DNA of 32,000 nt from Zygophlyctis sp. KS116 (taxonomy: Eukaryota; Fungi; Chytridiomycota). The position numbers were made by a program, and so were the translations under genes. A model generated the notes under the pieces. The model saw only the letters and a program-made list of their open reading frames with translations. It was not told the DNA's origin and made no database searches. Each line of letters begins with the position of its first letter. Within the stretch, counting starts at the first letter, position 1. The stretch lies in assembly GCA_054661495.1 (NCBI GenBank), contig BAAFSQ010000003.1, forward strand, positions 1 through 32,000, in the 5' to 3' direction. Of the stretch, positions 8,479-20,150 are shown in pieces.

Positions 8479-10033
8479 ATGAAACGGTGTTCAGAGTCTC
8501 ATGGAGCTCCTGTCAAGAGGGCAAAAACGCTGCAAGAAATTCCTTATAATGTGGCAGCTCTAAGTACTGCTGATGATGGATCCCCTGATGATTTTGATTT
8601 GGAACAGGAAATGAATAATGAGGCGGATTTAGAATCAGTTGAAGATTTAAAAGGGGAAAATGTACTATTTGATGATCTAAATACTGCTAAACATAAAATT
8701 CAATCCAGGCTGGCAGGAGTAGGATCGACTCAAACGGAACTGGTTAGATTAGACGATCAGTATTCAAAATTATCTTGTGCTTTAGAAAGAGTTATCAAGG
8801 AAGGAAAAGGAGGTTCAATTATGCTTTTAGGACCAAGAGGATCGGGGAAAACATGCTTGGTTAATAAAGTTTTGAATGAATTAATAGTAGCAAATCAGAA
8901 AATGGACTCTAAGCCGTTTTTTGAAATTAGATTAAATGGATTCTTACAAACAGATGATAAGATTGCTTTAAAAGAAATTGTCAGGCAATTAAATTTGGAA
9001 AATGAAATTATGGGGATTAAATTGGCAAGTTTTGCAGAGTGTTTAGAGTTTATAGTATATACTTTGAAAAGTTCTACTTGGGCTGGAACTCCCTTATTCT
9101 TTATTTTAGAAGAAATAGATTGTTTTGCAATGCATCCAAAGCAGGCATTGTTATATAATCTCTTGGATATGTCTCAATCTTGTAAAACTCCTATTTTTGT
9201 AATTGGTCTAAGTTCTAAATTGGACACTGCTGATTTGTTTGAAAAGAGAGTAAAGTCACGATTTTCTCATTCGTGTTTGTATTTATTTCCTCCAGATTCT
9301 TTAGATGATTTTACTGAAATTGCAAAAAGTTGTATTCTCTTGAAAAAAGAAGACTGTATAAGATCTGAAAAGTATCTATCAAAGTTTAATAAGGCTGCTA
9401 AAGTAAATGGTTTTTATAGTAATTTTAGGATTTGTTCAAGAATACAGAATTAAAAAAGATGATTCAGAATATTTTTGATTTAAATAGGGATATTAGACAG
9501 TTAAAGTCTATTTTTGTAAGTTTATAGTATTTCATTCTAATTTTAGATTAGTGCATTTTCTCTATTGACTCTGGACTCTCCTTATCCAGTTGTAAAATAT
9601 GTAAAATGCGCATTTGACACTCAAATGATTGATTTCAAGGCTAAATCTATTTCAAGTTTATCAGTTTTAGAAGTTTGTATGCTTGCAAGTGTAAAGCAAC
9701 AGCTATCAAAGGAACGTTTAAATTTCAATTTTGAAATGGTTTATGATGAATATAGAGATTTTACAAGCAGACTTTCTACTTTTGGACGGTCTGGTGGTAG
9801 TTTACATTTTTCAAAGGCTGTTGCACTCAAGGCATATGAAAGACTTTTAGATTTAGAACTTATAAAATATTCAGAAGGATCAAAGGCTGGATTTACACAG
9901 TATCGTATGGCCAGGAGTTTGATGACCCGCGAGGCAATATTCGATGCGATAGTAGACTATGGTATCGATATTCCAGAATCAGTAATGAAATGGTAAATCA
10001 ATTTAAACTCTAATACAAAGGGTCGAGTCATAG
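8479..10033 (+). CDS. ORC4: Origin recognition complex subunit 4, about 489 aa, 3 introns
   Basis: Walker A GPRGSGKT, LNGFLQTDDKIALKEI, EEIDCFA..KQALLYNLLD, EKRVKSRFSH and C-terminal FNFEMVYDEY. Introns are 9403..9428 (26 nt), 9516..9546 (31 nt) and a probable 9993..10020 (28 nt, giving KWVES*; otherwise the stop is at 9996). Confidence 0.95.
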
Positions 10034-10069
10034 ATTCTTAATAAAACGTAATTTTAGTTTCCGCTTCAA

Positions 10070-13000
10070 ATGAATTTATCGTCTTCTGTATACAAATGTG
10101 AGTCTATAAGTCCAACCATCACTGGAAAGTCAAGGCTCCGCCAGAACCGGAAGGTATCTCTTTAATAGTAATTGCTAGAATGGTTCTGTCCCTTGTATCT
10201 CTTCTCAAACGCAACTGGCAATCAGTTGTGGGGAGTCTGTGTCCGTTATTTCCCTGATCAATTCTGATGATCCTAAAATGACTATTGAGTTAGATGCAAC
10301 TGTTTCTCAGTTGGCATTTGCTTCTGAATTTCTAATTATTGTAGATTCTCTTGGAGCTATACATTTCGTGCTCACAAGTTCGTGCCAAAACGTTTTTTCC
10401 CAGGATTTGAGCTGGATGTGGGATGGAAATCCATGGGAATGTAAAGGACTCTGTGTATTTGAAGAGGATGTGGATGAATTGATAGTCATGTACGAAAATG
10501 CTGGAATCCGATTTTATAATATTGAATCTCGTAAAATAAGTGATGCAATAGAATGCAAAAATCTAAAAGTTGCACAGCAGGTATGATATATTTACAGTCG
10601 AAATACTCATTAAATAGGCAAAAGGCGAGATTAAGATGGAGCGATTTAATATTAATGACGCCAATATCTGTATTGATTCAGTCGAGTTTATTGCTAATGC
10701 ACGCCATAGACAGAAATCATTTTGGTGTGTTGGAAAAGGTGTGTTTATTAGTTTTTTTAAAAATAGGCCAATACCCCTTGACTCTATGGAGTGTGAGAGA
10801 GGAAAAATCAGTCTGTATCGACGGAGTTCATGAATCAATGTTGGATGGAGATATCATGGATGTCTCTGTCAGTGAATCTATTTGGATTTTATCAGATAAA
10901 ACTACGCTTTATATGATGGATGCAAAGTGGTAAACAATCTTAATTAAATTATTATAGTCTTGTGTTTCTAAAAACGTTTTATCAAACCGGATTCTCATTT
11001 ATAAGTCATGTATTTCCGACATTAAAGGAGCATTCTCTTGCGATTTGTTCGATTTCAAACAATAATCAAGAATCATGTCTAAAAGTTAAAGATTTGGAAA
11101 CAAACGAGGTTAGCTTCTCTCAAAGGATACCAAATCACTGTCAGTTTATTCCATTGCATTTTCCAAAAGATAAATTAAAGGCGGATTCTGAAATTTTCAT
11201 GATGATTGATTCAATTTATATCTTGGAAATTAGTGATCATGGTTCTTGTTGCATCACCCCTAAAAAACTGTTCAAGACACTTCCATTATACCAATTTCAA
11301 TATTTAATGGACAATAAGCAATATGAAGAAGCAGAGAAACTAGCAATACGTTATGATATGGACAGTCAGGTATATTAATTCTTCTCACCTTATAGTTTGT
11401 GAAGAAAACTAGAGTTCAAGCCCTCACAGAATCTATGAAAATTTCAAATGATCAGCTTGTACAATTCTTGGACGAAATTATAGATAACGATTTTTGCTTT
11501 GAGATTTGCTTAAACATTAAATACGAGTCCAAGCAAGGTTTGGATTTTTTTCTCGAATATTGCTATAAACGTCTTTATAAAGATGGTATTGGATCTGTAT
11601 CATTCAGTTTAACAGAAAAATTGGAAAGGTTCAGAAGAAGATTTGCGTCTTTTTCTCTTTTAAACAGTCAAGAGGAGTTCAAATATGAAGAATGGAGTCT
11701 ATTTCGATCAACTCCGATGTCTGAAATAATTTCAACTTATTTTATTAAGGACTGTCATGATGATGCAATTTTGTTATGGAGAAGGCATTGCGGAGGTATA
11801 GTTCATTGACTTTATATTTAGACGAAAAGCTGACGGAAAACCTTGAGCCCATTCTGTCCTCAATTCCAGAAACAATTGACCTGGATCAGCTCTTAAAGTT
11901 TCTGCAAAATGACCTTATACCGCGTTTATATATTCAATCACAATTGTAATGTTTAAATTTATTCAATTGTAGCGATTTTTTCGTGAAATGGCTGGAAACG
12001 AGAGCTTGCATGATTGAGGAAAGCGGAACGCCCCATGAGGCTCTAAAAATAATCCGGCTTATATCTAATTTCACAGAGCCTCTCATGCAAAAGGAGAACT
12101 ACTTGAAAACTATAAATACACCGCTGATGGAAGTTAACAGTATTATGATTCGTGCGTATTTTAGGATGACATCCGCGGAGTCGACTTTTTCTTCTGCTTT
12201 TCGTCTTTTGGATAACTTGGAAGAAATTTGCTACCTTCATGTAACCCAGATTGTCTAAAATATAGGATAAACACGATATAATATTGAAACTTCCAGATTT
12301 TCATCAGCGACCTCCAGGAAATATAGCAGCTGAATTTCTTGATCGTGTCGTAGCTCCAGAATTATTACCTGCTGCGATTAATGATCATTTTCAACCATAT
12401 TTGAGAAGACCGGCTTTGCATTTAGATGATAATGAAATTTTAATTGAATATTGCATGCATATAATGCACTCTTTCGGTATTTTATTGATCATTAACCATT
12501 AGAGTCTGCATCGGCAGGCCCTTCATATTGTACCTAAATCTTTTAATTGATTAATCTATAGCTTGGATTCCTCGATTTTTAACACTATTTGGCTGCATTG
12601 AAGATGGCGACTCGAAGATTGATTTAGGACTTGAGTTCATGAGGTTGCTTCCGATACCATGGGATGATAAATCCGAATTGGTGATTCAGAAGGTATGCTT
12701 AAGATTATTTCATACCAGATATTGTCCTACAAGGGATTCAAAAAACACATGGATATAGTCGAGCAATATCGGTTAATGGTTCTTAAAAGAGAGCTCATAA
12801 AATACGGAATCAGTTTTAATTTTTCAGATCTGTCTTTAGCGAAAGGTATATTATACGATTTAACAGCAAGGTACAATGCAGATGATCATGTCAAAAGTGG
12901 ATCACATTGATGCCGCCAAGGATGCAATGCTTCTAGTTGATGCTTATCATCATCTTAACAAAAGAGATGCCCTTTTGATTCGTATAAAATATCTAGTGAA

Positions 13001-16000
13001 AGCGGGTTTGGTTCAAAGGGCAGCAAATCTCATTCATTATGGAAATGAAAAAGGATTAGATTCAATCGTTGATCTAGAACTCCGCGATAAGATTGCCATT
13101 TGCACGAATGTTATATATTGGCAAATGGAGCTAATCGAATATACTTATGAAAGAGATCCTAATAATTGGCTAGATAAAAACATAAACTTTATGGATAGTC
13201 TTTTAGCATTTTCAGAAGTTTTGAAAGGGCTGGATGTATCGAAACGGTACCGTGGACTTGAATACAATGATGTATTGAATATTGTTACTATTGCTAAACG
13301 TTATAAGCTAGTTGTCACGGCCTCCCAGTATCGCTCAGAGAACTTTAAGTTAGGACTGTTAAAGACGTTTATATTAAATGTGTTACAAGATCCCGGTTTC
13401 CAAGGACTATCTGGTGTAAAAAATGCGGATATTGTACAGTATGATATTTTTTCAAATTAAAAATCAGGTTCTCAAGACTTTTGGGAATAGACGAAAAGCC
13501 CATGAAAGGCACCTTAGCAGTGGAGGCCATCAAAGCTGGTGAATTTAGTACTTGTCTCATGATTGCGAATGTATTTATTGAAATGATTCTAATATCAGGA
13601 TCTGCTGGATTCACCAGGTCTGCATGTCACTCCGATCTTGGAACAAATCGCCTCCGAGATCAGATTTTATTGTGAAAGCCATCCAGATTTTCTTTATAAA
13701 GTAGGATTTTCTCATTTTTCATCGCAAGGAATCACAATTGGCTTCTTTCATGCACAGACTAGCAGTAGAAATGATTGTTGTTGCAGAACCTAAGTTTCTA
13801 CCCAGTGAGTTTTTTTGATTCATATGATATGTAGATTCTCTCAATTTTTTCAAAGATACTGAAATTCATCGTGAAATATTTGATAACTGTGATTCTGGAC
13901 AATACAAGGCCTTAACTAATCCAAATTTTTCCACAACTAGATCCACTAAAGAATTTGATAGAGAGAATATTGAACGGCAAAGCTTTGACCAAAAATATAT
14001 TGATAATGGACTTGTTCTAACTGCTATAGCCACTATGCCGATACTATCCACATATCTCTTAGATTCTTCGGCTTTTTTGGCGGCGACATCTCTCTTTTCT
14101 GTCAATAACAAGAATAAGGCAGTAAAAAAATATAATCCTTCACATTCTGGGCGATTATTAGCTCAATTTATTCGCGAAAACAGGCTATATCAATTGTCGC
14201 TTAGAATTTGGAACAGAGTTGGAGAATTCGATCGCCGCTATCAGTGTCTTTCTAATGGAAAAGAAATGAATGGTGAATATATTGAACAATACGCGGATTT
14301 AGTCCAGAAACTCCTACAAAATGTTCTTAGCTCAATGTTTATCGATAAAAAACTTGGCCTAGGCTGTATGATTGGTTTGACCCTCAATAAAGCTTTTGAA
14401 TCATTCAAGGTTTTTGTTTAATTCATTGGACTAAACTATAGAATGGAATGGCTACGACAGGTCGTGACTACGGTCGTTTAATTCAAGTTGCTGCAATTGG
14501 AATGGTGTCTGGAATAATTTGGCAGCAACGAAGCTTTCAAGTTGATTGTCAAACATTGGCAAAGAATGCAAAATGGTGGCATTTTTTAACTATCTTGGAT
14601 ATTCCTTTTGATGATTCAAAATTTAGAAGTAGTAAGGATGGGAACTATCAAAGGACTCTCATTCGGAGCATTATCCAGAAATCTGACATATCTTCTGCGA
14701 TTGACTTTGGCCGTGAATACTTTATCGAAGGTATTTTTAATTTAGCCTATTAATTAGACGATTTTACTTATCTTGAATGGATCGAGTTTCTTCTGGATCC
14801 TTCTAATGATCTTTCTGATTATCAAAATTTAATCTCAACCGTATTAGCTGATGTGGAAAATAAGATCAATTTAGAAAAAATCATAACCCAGCATTGTATA
14901 CCGAAAATATCAGCATATAACTATGAAAGTACGTGGATTTTAAATAATTTTTAAGGACTAATTTTTACTTATGAATTGCTTTCTCAATTGAATTCAGGCT
15001 CGGAAGAGGTGAAGAATCGCCTGATAGTACTAGAGATAATCAAAACGTATTCAAGAATATCTGTTCGGTCTTCCGAAGAGATAATATTTGAACAAAAACG
15101 TATGAAAATAATTTTTCTAATGAAAAGGACTTCTCAATCTCGCATCTGGCCATAGTTTGGCTGAATTGGAAAATGTATTATTTAATTGATAATCTTAACG
15201 TTCAGGCATCCATCTGTTATAAAGCTGCAACACGTTTACCGTTCCATCAGCTTATCGAAAATCCTTGGATTATTCTAAATTTAGAATTGTCGGAAGAAAC
15301 TATCCCTCGTTTAATTCCATTAAGCCATCCTTTGAATCTGGATCAAGACAAATTTTATCTTTGTTTGGTAGAAAACATGATTGGGAAGAAGGTTTTATTA
15401 TAACTCACTAATTTAAGATCAACATGAAAAATGGTTTAGAAAATGATTCCGGCTCAAAGAATATCATTATTCCTTTCAGTGAAATTGAAATCTATTTGGA
15501 AAAACTAAAAGATCATGAGTCCGCAATACAAACTACCGTTTACATTGCGAGTACTTACCCATGCGGAATCGACCGTATAAGAGCGTATCGAACGGCTTTG
15601 GCCTTTGCGGAAAATTGGAAAGATAATTTTGTTTTAGTAAACTCGTATTTTCTAATTTTAGGATGAAGAAACTCAAAAGCGGGTCGATCTAGCATGTGAC
15701 AGGACAAGAACTTTGTTAAGAAACACAGAAACGGAACACCTGCTGCGTTCAAATCAGCTTTCTGAATTTCTTAATTTGATTAAATCTCCCTCCGACTTGC
15801 TATGCGCCCTTTATAAAATCAAAAGTATTGATGCATTGAATGAAAAATGTAAAGTTTAAGTACTAAATTTAGTGTCCTTCGATCTGCACATTTTAATTCA
15901 AGATATAAGCCGTCGACATGAGGTGGAAATCGATAAGCTTCGTCTCATTCTTCTTCAGAAAGGACTAACACAGGAATCTGCCAGTGATAAATCTTTGAAA

Positions 16001-17189
16001 AGCAAATTTCTCCCCTCTACTCGATTCCATGTATTTCTTTGGCTATTTAATATTTAGATTGACTCATTTGATCAGATGGAAGAATCAGAAACACTGATAC
16101 AGAAGCGCCTGTTGTATATATTGACTGCCAAGCAGTTCAAATCAAACTCGTTAGATATCCTTGTTAATTTTGCATATCAAGTACAAGCTTATTACTTTTA
16201 ATATCATATAGAAAAATTCCAAAATTCAAACTATGAATCGCATCAGAGCTCTATCTATATTATTGCAAATGCTTACAAATGATAATATGGAAGAGAAAAG
16301 CATCAAATTATCAGAGTTGAGGTAATTGGAAAAGTCATAATTGTAGAAATTACATGAAAATTCTGTTTTACTTGGCAGATTTTGAAGAACTACGCATAAT
16401 CCAAACTTTAAAGGAGTTTAATGAATGTGATAAATTAGCTCTTGCACGCTCGCTGTGGATTCATAATCGTAACAATACCAAGGCAAGTTTTAGTTTCTAA
16501 ATATTAAGGCTGTACAATTAATTGCAAATCTACTGATTGATTTCAAACTGGTCGATATTGACTTGTGGGAAGGAGTTATTTCTCAGCTCTTTGGACCATT
16601 TTTTGTATTTAACTTATCTTTAATATTAGGATATTTTCTTTATCCCAATTCTAGATCATGTATCATCTATTTTTATAAATTTCTCTCCAAACTTTATCAA
16701 TGATGTTTGGACATTAGTCATTGATCGACTTTGTAAATCTAAAAATGTATCTGATTGGATTTTACGCATACCATGCCTTTCCGAGATTCATATTTCAAAA
16801 CTAGAAATTTACTATAATTCTCTTGATGATCCTATAGAATCTTTAAAGGGACTATCTATTTTAAATCTCTCTATCAAAGATTATGTAAGTAAATTAACGG
16901 AATCGGACCTTCTTGAGATATTAATTGAAGGAAGCGCTCTATCAAAGGTAATTTATTCTAAATTAATTCAAAGAAATCAATCAGAAAATGTATTTATGAT
17001 CGAGTGCATTCTCTTAAAATGTATTCTAAATTGCTTGGGCTTGAAATTCTACAAGATTTTATATACTATTTAATTGATATAGATCAAGTGGATGAATTAA
17101 TAGAATTGGCAAAGAGAGCAGGCGAATTTGAAAAAGCCTTAAAGATTCAAAAGATGAAGGAAAAAATAAATAAACTAGTTCCGCTCTAG
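10070..17189 (+). CDS. KNTC1: Kinetochore-associated protein 1 / Rough deal (Rod), RZZ complex subunit, about 2097 aa, 30 introns
   Basis: Segments YEEAEKLAIRYDMD, WLETRA, DRVVAPELLP, TRLPFH and KAVQLIANLLIDFKLVDIDLW resemble animal KNTC1 in collinear order (from recall). Introns: 10154-10178, 10581-10617, 10739-10766, 10930-10957, 11370-11395, 11796-11821, 11946-11972, 12241-12265, 12477-12502, 12530-12561, 12693-12718, 12846-12870, 13439-13467, 13571-13598, 13701-13728, 13805-13834, 14410-14441, 14731-14757, 14929-14955, 15100-15127, 15175-15205, 15392-15417, 15637-15661, 15849-15872, 16031-16057, 16181-16211, 16322-16346, 16483-16508 (GC-AG), 16605-16629, 16948-16973. Spliced length is 6294 nt = 2098 codons. 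Confidence 0.88.
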
Positions 17190-17212
17190 TCATAACATTT
17201 TAATTTACTAAA

Positions 17213-20111
17213 ATGAAGAGCTATTATTCAAAGATATTTAAGAAATCTAAAATCAGAAGAAAAGCGACTCTCTCTGCATTGGACTTGGGAGAAAAGTTTT
17301 CTCTGTCAACACTAAATAACTCTAGAATTATATCTAAACTGTCGGAATACTCAAATTGGAAATCTCGCGGCGATGATCATGATTTAAACAGTTTAGAAGA
17401 TGCTATCGCCAAAGATTTTATTCATTTAGCTAATCAGAATAATCTCATGAATCAAAAACTTGGTGAATTTCAAGATCTGCACGCCCAAGATCTTGAAAGG
17501 GTTGCAGATTTAGAAGAGCAAGTAAGGATATTCTCTCGGGAAAAAGCAAATTTAATTGAAGAATATAAAATATTGGACTCAAATTTCAAGTAATTTATTA
17601 AATTTAATCTTAGATTTCTTTCATTGAAGAATGAACAATTATCAAATTTTATCGGGAATCTTCAGGAGCAACTTAGGGTTGTTTCTAACGGACAAATTGA
17701 TATAAGAGAGTTTAAAAAAGCCAGTGAATTAGAGTTTATGTGTCTTAAACTCCAAGAAAAAGTAATAGACTTTAAGTTCATCATAGTTGGAAGAATTACA
17801 TCAAGAAAATCAATTACTAAAGTCTTTGGAAAATCCAAGCAGCAAAATTTTATCGTTACCAAAAAAATCAACCCTAAGTCAAGATCAAGAATTCACGGTT
17901 CCAAAAGCTGATGGAAATAGATACATTCCAAAAAGCGATCTTTTACAATTACCTATGGAAGAAAATATTACATTTTCGAAATATCAGAATCAATCTCTTA
18001 ATGCAGAAAATATGATTGGAATATCAAAATTAGACGCATCAGCACAAACGGAGCCTGGTGTTGAAAGAGAAAAACTAGAGCAAGCATATCTCCGTCTTAA
18101 GAAGAAAAATAAGGAGCTTGTCAGATATTTACAAATACATCAGGGAAAAATAAAGAAAGATCTTGTAAATTCTAGTGAAACAGCAGAAACAGCAAGTCAG
18201 ATATGTGATCTCACGTCTGAAATATCTGTCCTCGGACTGAAGCCATCTAATCCTTTTAGAAGAAATGCCGAACAGATGGACAAAATTAATGAAGCTAATA
18301 ATCATAACCATAATTTTATGGAGAGTCTAGAGCGGGAGATTCTGAATCGTGATCAAATGCTATCTGAAATTCATTTTGAATATCAGGAGCTGTCTAAAAA
18401 GTATCATGATTCAAACATAAAGAACGAAGAATTATCAAGCACTCAGTGTCAACTTGAATCAAATATAGAAGCTATAAAGATCCAATTGAATGAATGTATG
18501 TTAGAGAGGGATCTTTTAGAAAATTCTCTCAAGCTTTCGCAAAAAGAGAGTGAATACGATCAGAGTATTAAAATCGTTGAATCCCTAAAGAAAGAAATCA
18601 ATGCATATCAGGAACAGCAAACTCTTCACTCTATTGAATACGGTCAGCTGCTAGAACAAAAAGACCATTTACAAGAGGAAATTGAGAAAAATCATCAAAT
18701 AATGCATGGAATGCGTCAAGAATATCAAGTACTGTCGAAATCGTACGATGTCAGCTCTATAAAAAATTCTGCGATGGCAGAGGAACTTTCTAACCTGGGA
18801 ATTCAGATTGGAGCTGCTAATGATCAAATAATGCAACTATCAAAAGAAAAGAAAAATTTAGAAATTAAATTGGAAGAAATCACACAATTCCATCAAGAGA
18901 CTCAGCCTTCTATCAAACTAGAATCGTTGGAAGAGCTGAAGAATCTGTATGATGATAGCAAAAATACTCTTGTAACTTTACGGCGACAAATTGAAACTTA
19001 CAAGGAAAAGTTGGGGCGTGCAGATATTGAGATTGCTAAACTTCTGGAAAAACCCCAAAGTTTAGAACAAGACTTGAAGATTAGTGATGTTCATTTGTCT
19101 AAAGTACGCGAAGAATACAATCAGCTTTCAATGGAAAACAATAAGATGAATCTGAAAATTTTTGACTTATCTGAAGAACTATACAAACTCAAATCCGAAA
19201 TTGAATCTGAAAAAGAGAAAAACAAATCTTTAAGTGCTCAAAAGGCTGAAATTGAAAGTTGTCTTAATCTTTTACAAAAGGAGAAATCGTTATTAAAACA
19301 AGAGCTGGCATTAAATCCGCATCAAGAATTGACTAAACTACAGAATGAATGTGAAGAGAGCAAAAATACGATATTAGCTTTACGAAATGAAATTAAGTCG
19401 TATCAAGAGGATCTCGAAATGCAACAGACCGAAAAAAATAATCTTTTAGCGATTAAGGAAAGCCTGCTCAGAGATATGGAGAATCTAGACCTCAAATTGT
19501 CTTTATCAAATGATGAATACCAAAAAGTCATTGAAAACCTTCATAAAGCTGAGATTGATTCAAGTAAAATTAACGCAAAACTATCGAATCTAAAAGATCA
19601 AATGAAGATCATGGAGAAAGATTTTGAGCGGGAAAGATATGAATCAAAAGATCAATATCTAAAATTGCAGAAAGATCACGAGGAGGCACTTAAGTTTTCA
19701 TCAGAGCAGGATCTTAGAACAAAGGAAACTTTTGCAGCTTTTATATCCGTGAATAATCAGCTCAAATCTGAACAGGCGCAGAGAGTTGAGATTGAACAGA
19801 AGCTAAGGAAGGCGCTTGACAAGAATAATGCTCTGATCGATCTAAACTTAAAGGACGAGCTGGTGAATATTCAGAACAAGTTGAACATTAGCGAGGAAAG
19901 GCTATTGTCAATGGGGAATAAATGTGCTGAGCTGGAAAAAGAATCAGAAAGAAAAGAATCGGAATATCTGGAAGAACTTGAAGAAGCCGATTCAAATTTT
20001 GAAGAGCTATTAGAAAAGTATGAAAAACTTAGCCAGAAAGCGATCTTGCTGGAAACACTTTACTCAAAGACGCAGTCAGATTTTTCAAATCGCCGCCAAG
20101 CGATTCTTTGA
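17213..20111 (+). CDS. Long coiled-coil protein of unknown function, about 949 aa, 2 introns
   Basis: E/K/Q/L-rich heptad sequence. Introns 17590..17613 (24 nt) and 17762..17786 (25 nt) join three ORFs in frame (2850 nt spliced). Confidence 0.8.
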
Positions 20112-20150
20112 ATAATGATTCTGTATAAACTCTTCAATCAACTTTATTTA

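Noticed and set aside
10581-10597. 17-nt intron using the CAG at 10597
   Set aside because: It is below the size of all other introns and would force translation through the intron-like 10739..10766 segment. The 37-nt plus 28-nt model fits better, though this junction is the least certain in KNTC1.
10070-17189. Fragmented ORFs read as pseudogenes, assembly frameshifts or an alternative genetic code
   Set aside because: Every break coincides with an AT-rich GT(GC)...AG segment of 24-37 nt whose removal restores frame and conserved motifs. TAA, TAG and TGA all act as normal stops elsewhere.
17213-20111. Coiled-coil neighbour of KNTC1 as Spindly
   Set aside because: No GNSLFxEV-like Spindly motif and no C-terminal CAAX cysteine (the protein ends RRQAIL).
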